Assembly: GCA_947259645.1 (NCBI GenBank)
Contig: CAMYND010000004.1
Coordinates: 698 to 64,697, forward strand
Length of the DNA stretch: 64,000 bases
Direction: 5' to 3'
From: Thermodesulfovibrionia bacterium
GTDB taxonomy: Bacteria; Nitrospirota; Thermodesulfovibrionia; UBA6902
Position 1 is the first letter of the stretch, and each line of letters begins with the position of its first letter. A program made the position numbers and the translations under genes. Below the pieces are notes generated by a model. The model was not told the DNA's origin, did not search any database, and was given only the letters and a program-made list of their open reading frames with translations. Shown one piece after another: positions 54,055 through 63,221 of this stretch.

Positions 54055-55095
54055 ATGGCAGACGATAGTTTTCAGGAAAAAACAGAACAGGCGACACCGC
54101 GAAAAAAAGAAAAGGCAAAAGAAAAGGGTCAGGTAGCGCGGAGCAAAGACCTTACTTCCATGGCCTCCATGAGCGGCATTGTGATGCTGTTATATTTCGG
54201 AGGGGGATACATTATATCGAGATTGGCGGCAATGACCGGAGGAGTTCTCAGTATGAGCTATGGAAGCAACCCGGGGGATGTATCCAGAGTTGTCGTTATC
54301 GAGGGGTTTCAGATACTGGCTCCCTTTTTCCTGGCGACGATGGTACTGGGTATATTAGTGAGCGTAGCCCAGGGCGGTTTTGTGAAAAAAGAGATGAAAC
54401 TTGAGTTTGAAAAACTCAATCCTGTAAAGGGGATAAAAAATCTTTTTTCATTAAAAAGCGTAAATGAGTTCATGAAAAGCCTCTTGAAGTTTACCGTTGG
54501 CGGATTTATCACCTATTACATCATTAAAAAGGACATAAAAGTCCTGCCGACGCTCTCGGCAATGGAGATGCCTGAAATGTTAAGGGTTTCCGGTAATATG
54601 CTGATTGATGCGCTGTTAACGGCCTTTGCATTTTTTATGATCATAGCGGTATTCAGTTATTTTCTGGACAAAATACAGCATGAACGTTCCCTGAAAATGA
54701 CTCAGCAGGAGATCAGGGAAGAGCACAAGGAATCCGATGGTGATCCGATGATCAAACAGAGGATCAGGACCATCCAGAGAGAAGCAGCCAGAAAACGCAT
54801 GATGCAGGAAGTCCCGCAAGCCACTGTTGTTATTACGAACCCGCAGCACCTGGCGATCGCGGTTAAGTATGATGATAAAGATATGCATGCTCCGAAAATT
54901 GTTGCTAAAGGTGCAGGCACAATCGCTGCAAAAATCAGGGAAATTGCTGCTGAGCACGGTGTCCCGATAGTGGAAAACAAACCTGTTGCACGGGCCCTGT
55001 TCCAGCAGGAGCTGAACACCTATATCCCGGAAGAACTCTATGTGGCGGTAGCGAAGATACTCGCTTATATATATCAACTTAAAGGGAAGCTATGA
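54055..55095 (+). CDS. flhB: Flagellar export switch protein FlhB
   Basis: 'EKTEQATPRKKEKAKEKGQVARSKD', and the autocleavage region 'ATVVITNPQHLAIAVKY' (an NPTH-type site, here NPQH). Confidence 0.9.
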   Translation: MADDSFQEKTEQATPRKKEKAKEKGQVARSKDLTSMASMSGIVMLLYFGGGYIISRLAAMTGGVLSMSYGSNPGDVSRVVVIEGFQILAPFFLATMVLGILVSVAQGGFVKKEMKLEFEKLNPVKGIKNLFSLKSVNEFMKSLLKFTVGGFITYYIIKKDIKVLPTLSAMEMPEMLRVSGNMLIDALLTAFAFFMIIAVFSYFLDKIQHERSLKMTQQEIREEHKESDGDPMIKQRIRTIQREAARKRMMQEVPQATVVITNPQHLAIAVKYDDKDMHAPKIVAKGAGTIAAKIREIAAEHGVPIVENKPVARALFQQELNTYIPEELYVAVAKILAYIYQLKGKL

Positions 55096-57128
55096 AATAT
55101 CTCTTAATGATGCAGGAAAGACAGGACATCGCCGTTGCTTTATCAATGGTGCTCATAATCGGTGTGATGCTCCTGCCGATGCCTCCGTTTCTTCTTGATA
55201 TTCTGCTGACAATGTCTATTTCCCTTTCACTGACAATACTGATAACTTCCATATACATAAAAAAGCCGCTGGAGTTTTCAGTTCTGCCTTCAATATTGCT
55301 GATGTCAACTCTCTTCAGGCTGTCACTGAACGTTGCAACTACACGGTTAATTCTCTTGAAAGGCAGTGAGGGGGTTGATGCGGCCGGCCAGGTCATTAAG
55401 TCATTCGGAAATTTTGTGGTTGGAGGGAATTATGCTGTCGGGATCATTATATTCCTGATACTGGTAATCGTTAATTTTGTGGTTATAACAAAAGGTTCAG
55501 GTCGAATAGCTGAAGTCGCCGCGCGGTTCACATTGGACGCGATGCCGGGTAAACAGATGGCAATCGATGCTGATCTGAACAGTGGTCTGATAAATGAGGC
55601 GCAGGCCCGGATGCGGAGGGACGAGATATCCCAGGAGGCTGACTACTACGGTTCAATGGATGGTGCGAGCAAATTTGTCCGGGGAGACGCGATTGCCAGC
55701 CTCATTATAACCGCCATAAACATAATCGGGGGACTTGTAATAGGCACGCTGCAGAAAGGAATGTCAGCAGTTGACGCTGCAACGACATATACGATTCTCA
55801 CCATAGGGGATGGTCTGGTATCACAGGTGCCGGCGCTCCTGATATCAACTGCTGCCGGTTTAGTTGTTTCCCGCGCCGGCTCTGACAGTGACATTGGAAA
55901 GGAAATAGGAAAGCAGATCCTGCTGAACCCGAAAGTTCTCTTTACTGTTGCTGGTGTTTTAATGACGTTTGGAATGGTTCCCGGACTTCCGCATATTCCA
56001 TTTTTCCTCGTCTCTGCTGTATCCGGCGGGATGGCCTATGTCTTAAAACAGGACGCCGCCACTGAAGATGAAATTGTGGAGACGATCCCGGGAGAAGAAG
56101 CATTGTTGGAGCCAAAAATAGAATCCTTTCTCGAACTGGATCCGCTGAGCCTGGAAATCGGATACGGTCTAATTCCCCTGGTTGACGAAAGCAACGGAGA
56201 GTTGCTTGGCAAGATAAAGGCTATGCGGAGACAGCTCGCTTCAGATTTTGGATTTGTCGTTCCTCCTATCCATATCAAGGACAATCTTCAGCTGAGACCA
56301 CACGAATACACCTTTCTGATTCGGGGTATTGAGATAGTAAAGGGAGAGGTTATGATGGGTCACTGGCTTGCTGTTGATTCAGGCAATGCTGAGAGAATCG
56401 AAGGTATTCCGACAAAGGAACCTGCCTTTGGTCTTCCTGCCTACTGGATAGATGAGAAAAATGTGGACAAAGCCCAGGTTGCAGGGTATATGGTAGTTGA
56501 TATTGCCACTGTCATAGGCACGCACATTACTGAACTTATACGGGAATTTTCATGGGAGCTTCTTACACGGAGCGAGACACAAAGTCTGCTTGACAACATT
56601 TCAAAGACTTATCCGAAGATCGTTGAGGAGCTCACACCGGCCAACCTCACGCTCGGTGTCATTCAGCGCGTACTCCAGAACCTCCTCAAGGAGAGGGTTC
56701 CGATCAAGGATATTATGGCTATATTCGATGCGTTGCTGGACCACTCTCCCAACGTAAAGGACCCTGAACAGCTTACAGAGTATGTAAGGCAGGCCCTTTC
56801 AAGAACGGTAACTAAGCAGTATACCGATGAAAACGGCAGGATTCCTGTTTTTACCATGGATCCGACATTTGAACGGATGCTGTCACAGGCTGAATCAGGA
56901 AATATTAACCCCGATGCAATAAACAAAATAGTGAAGAGCATAGAGGGTGTTCTTGCGTCAGGCAACCTGCAGGGTGCGCAGCCCATTATTCTCTGCTCTC
57001 CCGGCATAAGAAGACTGCTCAGGAAAATAGTAGAAAGAATTTCATCAACAATAGTAGTGATCTCGACAGCGGAAATAATACCAACAGCAAATCTTGATAT
57101 TAGAGGGATGGTCAAGTATGAGAATTAA
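55092..57128 (+). CDS. flhA: Flagellar export gate protein FlhA
   Basis: 'RFTLDAMPGKQMAIDADLNSGLI' and 'GASKFVRGDAIA', with a large cytoplasmic C-domain. Confidence 0.95.
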   Translation: MKYLLMMQERQDIAVALSMVLIIGVMLLPMPPFLLDILLTMSISLSLTILITSIYIKKPLEFSVLPSILLMSTLFRLSLNVATTRLILLKGSEGVDAAGQVIKSFGNFVVGGNYAVGIIIFLILVIVNFVVITKGSGRIAEVAARFTLDAMPGKQMAIDADLNSGLINEAQARMRRDEISQEADYYGSMDGASKFVRGDAIASLIITAINIIGGLVIGTLQKGMSAVDAATTYTILTIGDGLVSQVPALLISTAAGLVVSRAGSDSDIGKEIGKQILLNPKVLFTVAGVLMTFGMVPGLPHIPFFLVSAVSGGMAYVLKQDAATEDEIVETIPGEEALLEPKIESFLELDPLSLEIGYGLIPLVDESNGELLGKIKAMRRQLASDFGFVVPPIHIKDNLQLRPHEYTFLIRGIEIVKGEVMMGHWLAVDSGNAERIEGIPTKEPAFGLPAYWIDEKNVDKAQVAGYMVVDIATVIGTHITELIREFSWELLTRSETQSLLDNISKTYPKIVEELTPANLTLGVIQRVLQNLLKERVPIKDIMAIFDALLDHSPNVKDPEQLTEYVRQALSRTVTKQYTDENGRIPVFTMDPTFERMLSQAESGNINPDAINKIVKSIEGVLASGNLQGAQPIILCSPGIRRLLRKIVERISSTIVVISTAEIIPTANLDIRGMVKYEN

Positions 57129-58182
57129 GAAGATACAGGCTAAAAGCTTCAGGCAAGCGCTTTCTCTGGTTAAAAAAGAGCTTGGACCTGATGCTGTGAT
57201 ACTCTCCTCAGAAGACAGAAAAGGGAGCAGTCCATACGTAGAAGTCACCGCAGCCATAGATGAAAAAATTGAAACAGCGAGCCTTGAAAATTATGCTCCG
57301 GCGGTATCAAAGATCCAGAGCGAAAGTAACAATGAAGTTGCAGAACTGAGAAATGAGATGAAAAGCCTGAGAGAATCGATTGAGTCTATGAAAAACAGTG
57401 TCTATGAGCCGCAACTTCCCGAGGCTCGAAAGAACATGTTTAATTTTCTAAAAGGGAGAGCCATAAAAGATGAATATGCCATAAGACTCATTGAAAAGGC
57501 GCGTGATACGTCCGAGTTAAAAGCCCAGATTTATAATGACTTGTATTCGCTTACTGCAGGTGTTAAATCAGAGGGGTTCATGGATGGGCGTGATAAAAAG
57601 GTGATCATGCTTATTGGTCCGACAGGGTCAGGAAAAACAACAACCATTGCTAAACTCGCATCACAGGCAATCAGAGAGGGGAAAAAGGTCGGATTAATCA
57701 GTATGGACACCTTCAAGATAGGTGCGACAGAGCAGATAAGGATATACGCGAGAATGATAGGAATCCCTCTTGCTATTGTTGGAGACACAGCCAGCCTCGT
57801 CAAGAGCATACAGAACTATACTGACAGGGATGTAGTGCTGATTGACACGACGGGTCAGAATCCGGGAAATGATGACTATATTTCAGGGCTTAAGAATATT
57901 TATGAAACAGGGGTGCCCGTTGAGACCCAGTTGTTATTAAGCACATCCAGTGATAATGATTTCCTGATGGAGTCACATAAACACTATAACTTACTTCCCA
58001 TCAATTATGTGGCCTTCACAAAAACCGATGAGGCCGTAAAACTGGGTTCCATATACAATCTCTGCAGCCTTTACCAGCGTCCTGTTGCCTACATAACGAA
58101 CGGACAGAGAGTGCCGGGAAACATTGAGTACGTTGACAGCAATAAATTGACAAATCTTATTCTTAGAACGGGGAGCGCATAA
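57118..58182 (+). CDS. flhF: Flagellar placement GTPase FlhF
   Basis: SRP-type GTPase motifs 'GPTGSGKTTT', 'LIDTTGQN' and 'TKTDE'. The start is moved to 'MRIKKIQAKS', overlapping the flhA end. Confidence 0.85.
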   Translation: MRIKKIQAKSFRQALSLVKKELGPDAVILSSEDRKGSSPYVEVTAAIDEKIETASLENYAPAVSKIQSESNNEVAELRNEMKSLRESIESMKNSVYEPQLPEARKNMFNFLKGRAIKDEYAIRLIEKARDTSELKAQIYNDLYSLTAGVKSEGFMDGRDKKVIMLIGPTGSGKTTTIAKLASQAIREGKKVGLISMDTFKIGATEQIRIYARMIGIPLAIVGDTASLVKSIQNYTDRDVVLIDTTGQNPGNDDYISGLKNIYETGVPVETQLLLSTSSDNDFLMESHKHYNLLPINYVAFTKTDEAVKLGSIYNLCSLYQRPVAYITNGQRVPGNIEYVDSNKLTNLILRTGSA

Positions 58183-59003
58183 TGAAGACGGTAGACAGGA
58201 AAATGGTGAGAACCATTGCGGTAGCAAGCGGAAAAGGGGGTGTTGGCAAGACAAACATCACAGCGAGTCTGGCAGTTGCCTTGCGGAAACTTAACAAGAA
58301 GGTGCTTATATTTGACGCTGATCTCGGTCTCAGTAATATCGATGTTATTCTGAATCTCGCGGCAAAATACAACATCGACCATCTCTTTAAAGGAGATAAG
58401 AAGCTGAAGGACCTTATCATAGAAGGTCCTCACGGCATAAAGGTCCTCCCTGCGAGCTCGGGAATTCAGGAGCTTACAACGTTGGATGAATTTCAGAGAT
58501 TAAGACTGATCGAGGAATTTGAATCTTATGACGACAACATCGACTATCTGCTTATCGATACATCATCGGGTATCTCATCAAATGTAGCATTCTTTTGCAT
58601 GGCTGCCCAGGAAATCGTAATTGTCACATCACCTGAACCAACAGCACTAACTGATGCATACGCACTTATAAAAGTACTATTTACAAAATATCAGGAAAAG
58701 AACTTCAAGGTTCTTGTAAACAACGTACAGGATCGAAAAGAGGCGGTTGAGATTTACAACAGGCTGTCTACCGCAGCTGAAAAATTTTTGAGCATTTCTC
58801 TCGAGTATATCGGACATGTGACACACGACATTTCAGTCAGAAAGGCCGTGAGGCAGCAGAGGGCCTTTATGGATCTTTATCCGGACACCGCCGCATCCAT
58901 AAACCTGATGGAAATTACAGAGAAACTCAATAAAGACAATAATCATACTATCAAGGGTTCACTTCAATTTTTTCTGGGAGGGCTATTAAATTCACCATGC
59001 TAA
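58182..59003 (+). CDS. flhG: MinD/ParA-type flagellar number regulator FlhG (FleN/YlxH)
   Basis: Deviant Walker A 'ASGKGGVGKTN', directly after flhF. Confidence 0.85.
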   Translation: MKTVDRKMVRTIAVASGKGGVGKTNITASLAVALRKLNKKVLIFDADLGLSNIDVILNLAAKYNIDHLFKGDKKLKDLIIEGPHGIKVLPASSGIQELTTLDEFQRLRLIEEFESYDDNIDYLLIDTSSGISSNVAFFCMAAQEIVIVTSPEPTALTDAYALIKVLFTKYQEKNFKVLVNNVQDRKEAVEIYNRLSTAAEKFLSISLEYIGHVTHDISVRKAVRQQRAFMDLYPDTAASINLMEITEKLNKDNNHTIKGSLQFFLGGLLNSPC

Positions 59004-59728
59004 AATACAAGAAAAAAATAAGTGAAAAAAAGAAGGAAGAAATAATCAATGAGTTCCTGCCGTATATCAAGTATACGGCATACCGGCTTTCGTGGAAGCT
59101 TCCCCATCACATAACCATCGATGACCTTATAAGTGTCGGTCTCATGGGCCTCATGGACGCGCTCTCACGATTTGAGCCGGGCAAAGTTAAGTTGAAGACA
59201 TACGCTGAACTCAGAATCAAAGGAGCGATGATCGATGAACTGCGGGCCACCGCATGGATTCCACGGTCTATGAGGAAGAAGATCGAGACCATCAATAAAG
59301 CCCGTGCGGTGCTGGAGAGAAAGCACGGGAAAAAGCCTGATGATATCGACGTTGCCAAGTCTATGGGTATGCCTCTGAACCAATACTTCAAGACACTCCA
59401 GTATGCAACATCATCAAGTCCGATCAGGCTCGAGGATTTTAAAAACAACAAGTATTCAGACAGTGATCTTAATATTACGGAATGTATCGCGGATCCGAAG
59501 GCAAAAAGTCCGTTTGAAGTGCTCCAGGAGAAGGACACGAAAGAGCAGCTATCTGAGCTCATAGAAACATTGCCTGAGAAAGAGCGACTCGTACTGGCGC
59601 TTTACTATTACGAAGAAATGACTATGCAGGAAATCGGAAGGGTTCTCAGTATTACGGAGTCCCGTGTCTGCCAGGTGCACAGTCAGGCCCTGGGAAAGTT
59701 AAAGAATAAGCTTCAGAAGGTAACATAA
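58997..59728 (+). CDS. fliA: Flagellar sigma factor FliA (sigma-28)
   Basis: Has a sigma-70 region 2 ('LISVGLMGLMDALSRFE', 'ELRIKGAMIDELR') and a region 4 HTH ('MQEIGRVLSITESRVCQVHSQAL'). Confidence 0.9.
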   Translation: MLKYKKKISEKKKEEIINEFLPYIKYTAYRLSWKLPHHITIDDLISVGLMGLMDALSRFEPGKVKLKTYAELRIKGAMIDELRATAWIPRSMRKKIETINKARAVLERKHGKKPDDIDVAKSMGMPLNQYFKTLQYATSSSPIRLEDFKNNKYSDSDLNITECIADPKAKSPFEVLQEKDTKEQLSELIETLPEKERLVLALYYYEEMTMQEIGRVLSITESRVCQVHSQALGKLKNKLQKVT

Positions 59729-59748
59729 AAGGGTTTTGTGGGTTAGCC

Positions 59749-59916
59749 ATGGCCATAGAAGGATTACATAATCTTTACCGGGTGCCAATTATCAAGAAAG
59801 ACAAATTGCCGGACGATGAACGTGAAAAAAGAAAGAAAAAGAAGGATGAAGACGGAAAAGAAGATGATGCACACAAACAGAAACAGAAGAAAGGGATAGT
59901 TGATATTCGAATATAG
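59749..59916 (+). CDS. Candidate 55-aa highly charged small protein (below the ORF-track cutoff)
   Basis: ATG 59749 to TAG 59914-59916 translates as MAIEGLHNLYRVPIIKKDKLPDDEREKRKKKKDEDGKEDDAHKQKQKKGIVDIRI. There is no clear RBS, and no family is recognised. Confidence 0.3.
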   Translation: MAIEGLHNLYRVPIIKKDKLPDDEREKRKKKKDEDGKEDDAHKQKQKKGIVDIRI

Positions 59917-60058
59917 GGAACAGTTTTTCCCATTAGGAAAATAATTCCCGATTTACATTGCGAGACCATATACATGATAAAAATAAGAAATCATAATAAA
60001 GACCGTGTAATTAAGGCATTGCAGGACTTGCTGTGCCCTGATAAATTATTTACCACAG

Positions 60059-60074
60059 TGGCATCAAGATTGCA
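60059..60074 (+). promoter_or_regulatory. Sigma-54 promoter upstream of flgF
   Basis: TGGCAT-CAAGA-TTGCA. Confidence 0.5.
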
Positions 60075-60086
60075 AAGGATACCAGT

Positions 60087-60788
60087 ATGAACAAAGGTAT
60101 TTACATCGCACTTTCAGGGGCAATCCAGAAATCCAGACAAATGGACCTCATTGCCCAGAACATAGCAAATGCAAGCACGCCGGGATATAAGAAAGACAGA
60201 ATTTCATTCAGGGATCATTTGGTCAGGGGAGACAATCAAATTTCTGTTGAAAGCGCTGGAAGAGTCATGACTAAAAAGTCAGAGGAGGTTACTGACTTTT
60301 CAGGCGGGGCATTGAAGAGAACCGGAAATTCCCTTGATGTTGCTATTAACGGTGATGGTTTTTTTGCTCTTGAGAACGGCAAATATACAAGAAACGGAAA
60401 CTTTAAACTGGACGGGGAGGGCAACCTTGTCAACCAGAGTGGACTGAAGGTACTGGGTGATGGCGGACCACTGACCATTCAGGGATCAAAAATAGATATT
60501 ACTCCATCGGGAGAAATACTCGTTGATAACATATCATCCGGCACATTACAGGTAGTGGATTTTCCTGACAAAAATGTTCTTGTGAGACTCGACGGAGGTG
60601 TCTTTACAACAGAGGAGACTGGAGAGGAAATTGATTCGGCAATAAGCCAGGGATTTCTTGAAGAATCTAATGTAAATGCGGTCAGGGAGCTTGTGAATAT
60701 GATCAACTCACAACGGGAGTTTGAGACATATCAGAAGATGATACAGTCCTTCGATGAAGCGGCCGGGAAGTCTATAAACAACATGTGA
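60087..60788 (+). CDS. flgF: Flagellar proximal rod protein FlgF
   Basis: 'MNKGIYIALSGA...IAQNIANASTPGYKK' parallels the E. coli FlgF N-terminus. C-terminal 'ESNVNAVRELVNMINSQREFE'. Confidence 0.85.
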   Translation: MNKGIYIALSGAIQKSRQMDLIAQNIANASTPGYKKDRISFRDHLVRGDNQISVESAGRVMTKKSEEVTDFSGGALKRTGNSLDVAINGDGFFALENGKYTRNGNFKLDGEGNLVNQSGLKVLGDGGPLTIQGSKIDITPSGEILVDNISSGTLQVVDFPDKNVLVRLDGGVFTTEETGEEIDSAISQGFLEESNVNAVRELVNMINSQREFETYQKMIQSFDEAAGKSINNM

Positions 60789-60840
60789 TGATAGTATTAT
60801 GAAATTAAATATGAATAAACAGAAACAGAGGGAGAACTAA

Positions 60841-61629
60841 ATGCAAAGGTCGTTATTTATAGGTGCAACAGGCATGGAGGCGCAGAGGCTGAACATAGAT
60901 GTGGTCTCAAACAATCTTGCCAATGTAAATACAAATGGATTTAAAAAGAGCAGGGCTGATTTTCAGGAACTTCTCTATCAGGGGATAAGAGCACCCGGCG
61001 CATCTTCAGGTGACGGGACAGAAGTCCCTACCGGAATCCAGGTTGGTATGGGCGTTAAACCTGCGGCAGTTCAAAAAATGTTTCAACAGGGTGATTTTGC
61101 CTCTACCGGAAACCCTTTGGATATGGTAATCGAAGGTGATGGGTTTTTTCAGGTTTCCACTCCTGACGGAGATATCGCATACACACGTGCAGGTGCCTTT
61201 AAACTTGACAGCAGCGGCAACATAGTAAATTCTGATGGTTATCAGATGGAGCCGGCAATCACATTGCCATCAGACACACTGGATATCACGATCTCTTCAG
61301 ACGGTACCGTATCTGTGTTGCAGCCCGGAAGCGTAACCCCTTCACAGGTTGGGCAGATAGAGATTGCCTCATTTGTAAACCCCGGCGGTTTACAAGCCCT
61401 TGGTAAGAATCTCTTTATGCCAAGCGGTTCTTCTGGAGCAGCGACTACCGGAACTCCTAATTCAGAGGGTCGGGGTTCAATTAACCAGGGGTTTCTTGAG
61501 CTGAGTAATGTCAATATTGTTGAGGAAATGGTGAACATGATAGTCAGCCAGCGTGCATATGAACTTAACTCAAAAGTTGTTCAGACATCTGATGAAATGC
61601 TTCAAATGGCCAATAACTTAAAGAGGTAA
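60841..61629 (+). CDS. flgG: Flagellar distal rod protein FlgG
   Basis: '[33 protein letters not shown]' and '[25 protein letters not shown]'. Confidence 0.95.
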   Translation: MQRSLFIGATGMEAQRLNIDVVSNNLANVNTNGFKKSRADFQELLYQGIRAPGASSGDGTEVPTGIQVGMGVKPAAVQKMFQQGDFASTGNPLDMVIEGDGFFQVSTPDGDIAYTRAGAFKLDSSGNIVNSDGYQMEPAITLPSDTLDITISSDGTVSVLQPGSVTPSQVGQIEIASFVNPGGLQALGKNLFMPSGSSGAATTGTPNSEGRGSINQGFLELSNVNIVEEMVNMIVSQRAYELNSKVVQTSDEMLQMANNLKR

Positions 61630-61674
61630 ACAGGATATGATGGATTATAAGTTGCGTCAGGAGGCATCAGATAA

Positions 61675-62367
61675 ATGATAAGTCAGGAGATCGCAAAAAA
61701 AATTACTCTTGCCTCAATTCTTCTGCTTTTATTAGCGGCAATCACTGTTTCTTCTGACAGGGTGTCCGCTGCCTCATGGGACCCTGAGGAGGTCATTGAG
61801 TCATATCTGAAATCAGAGTACCCCTGGAATGACATAGAAGTGAAAAATGTCACGGTTAAGGGGAACGTCAGGACAGATGAGCCGGACAAAATAATAGTAG
61901 AGAAAGGCCCCCTTGGCAGGGCTGTTTTTACATTCCTTTTTACAGATGAGGAGAGATCACGGGTAACTGCCAGCGTAAGGGCCTTTGACAGTGTAGTCAA
62001 AAGCAAAAGACCATTCAAGAAGGGTCATGTCATTAATTCAGAAGACATATATGAATCAAAAATGGATATCAGAAAAATGCCGAACAGTGCTGTAACGAAT
62101 GCCGAAGAAGTTCTGGGCAAATACCTCAGGAGGTCCCTGTCTGCAAATGTGCCGATTGTGGAGAACATGCTCGAATTGTCGAAGGTTGTAAAGCGCGGCA
62201 AGAGAGTCCGTCTCGTGATCAGCAAAGGGGCTCTTAGTATAACCGCATCAGGAAAGACCAGGGAAAAAGGGTATGTTGGAATGCCTGTCAAGGCTATGAA
62301 CCTGTCTTCGAAAAAAGAGGTTATGGGGGTGTTGGTAGATGAACACACAGTCAGGGTGGACCTGTAA
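61675..62367 (+). CDS. flgA: P-ring assembly chaperone FlgA
   Basis: Signal peptide, a SAF-like region ('VVKSKRPFKKGHVINSEDI') and C-terminal 'SGKTREKGYVGMPVKAMNLSSKKEVMGVLVDEHTVRV'. Confidence 0.75.
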   Translation: MISQEIAKKITLASILLLLLAAITVSSDRVSAASWDPEEVIESYLKSEYPWNDIEVKNVTVKGNVRTDEPDKIIVEKGPLGRAVFTFLFTDEERSRVTASVRAFDSVVKSKRPFKKGHVINSEDIYESKMDIRKMPNSAVTNAEEVLGKYLRRSLSANVPIVENMLELSKVVKRGKRVRLVISKGALSITASGKTREKGYVGMPVKAMNLSSKKEVMGVLVDEHTVRVDL

Positions 62368-62368
62368 G

Positions 62369-63154
62369 ATGAACATCACAGGCATAGACATGAATGACAG
62401 CAGAACAAAGGAAGGCTGCGGACAGAGAAATATATTGTGTAGGTCATCAGCCTGTTATCTGATATCAATAATATGTGTTGTCTTTTTTATCGGCTGCGCA
62501 ACACCGGCGGCAAAGCTTCCTCCTCCTCCTGCAAAATATGTCTCCAATCTGGAAGTCAGTGAGCCTGATCTGACTGCCAACTCTTTGTGGAGTGACAGGG
62601 TCAATATATTTGAAGACCGCAAGGCAAGGAGGCTGAATGATCTGGTGACGATCAATGTCTCTGAAAGTTTGTCCGGATCAGGAAAAGCTGACACAGACAC
62701 AAGCCGTGAATCTACCCTTGATTATGAGTTGACGAAAATACTGGGTATGAATCCGGACTTTAATCTCCAGAACGCCCGTTTTCTGAAAGACCTCTATAAG
62801 GGAGGAAATATATTTGAACCATCAATTGAAAGTTCTTCGTCATCAGAATTCAAGGGTTCGGGAGACACAAACAGGGAAGGATCGTTGATTGCTACGATCA
62901 CGGCAAAGGTGGTAGAGGTATTGCCAAACCGCAACCTCATCCTTGAAGCAAGAAAAGAGATAACCATAAACAATGAAATGCAGATACTTGTCCTGACCGG
63001 AATGGTAAGGCCCGATGATATCAACTCAGACAACATTGTTATGAGCAACAAGATTGCGGATGCTAAGGTCTATTATGTAGGAGATGGAGTCATCCAGGAA
63101 AAGCAGAGCCCGGGATGGTTTGTGCGGGCGCTGGATTACGCGTGGCCATTTTAG
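62369..63154 (+). CDS. flgH: Flagellar L-ring lipoprotein FlgH
   Basis: Lipobox 'FFIGC', with 'SLWSD...IFEDRKARRLNDLVTINVSE', 'TITAKVVEVLPNRNLILEARKEI' and 'LTGMVRPDDI'. The start is moved to the ATG just after the flgA stop. Confidence 0.9.
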   Translation: MNITGIDMNDSRTKEGCGQRNILCRSSACYLISIICVVFFIGCATPAAKLPPPPAKYVSNLEVSEPDLTANSLWSDRVNIFEDRKARRLNDLVTINVSESLSGSGKADTDTSRESTLDYELTKILGMNPDFNLQNARFLKDLYKGGNIFEPSIESSSSSEFKGSGDTNREGSLIATITAKVVEVLPNRNLILEARKEITINNEMQILVLTGMVRPDDINSDNIVMSNKIADAKVYYVGDGVIQEKQSPGWFVRALDYAWPF

Positions 63155-63221
63155 ACAGGCATAATCAGTAAATAAAATAAATGAGGGATATGAGTTGTAC
63201 GGTAAAAGAAAAGGTAAAAAT

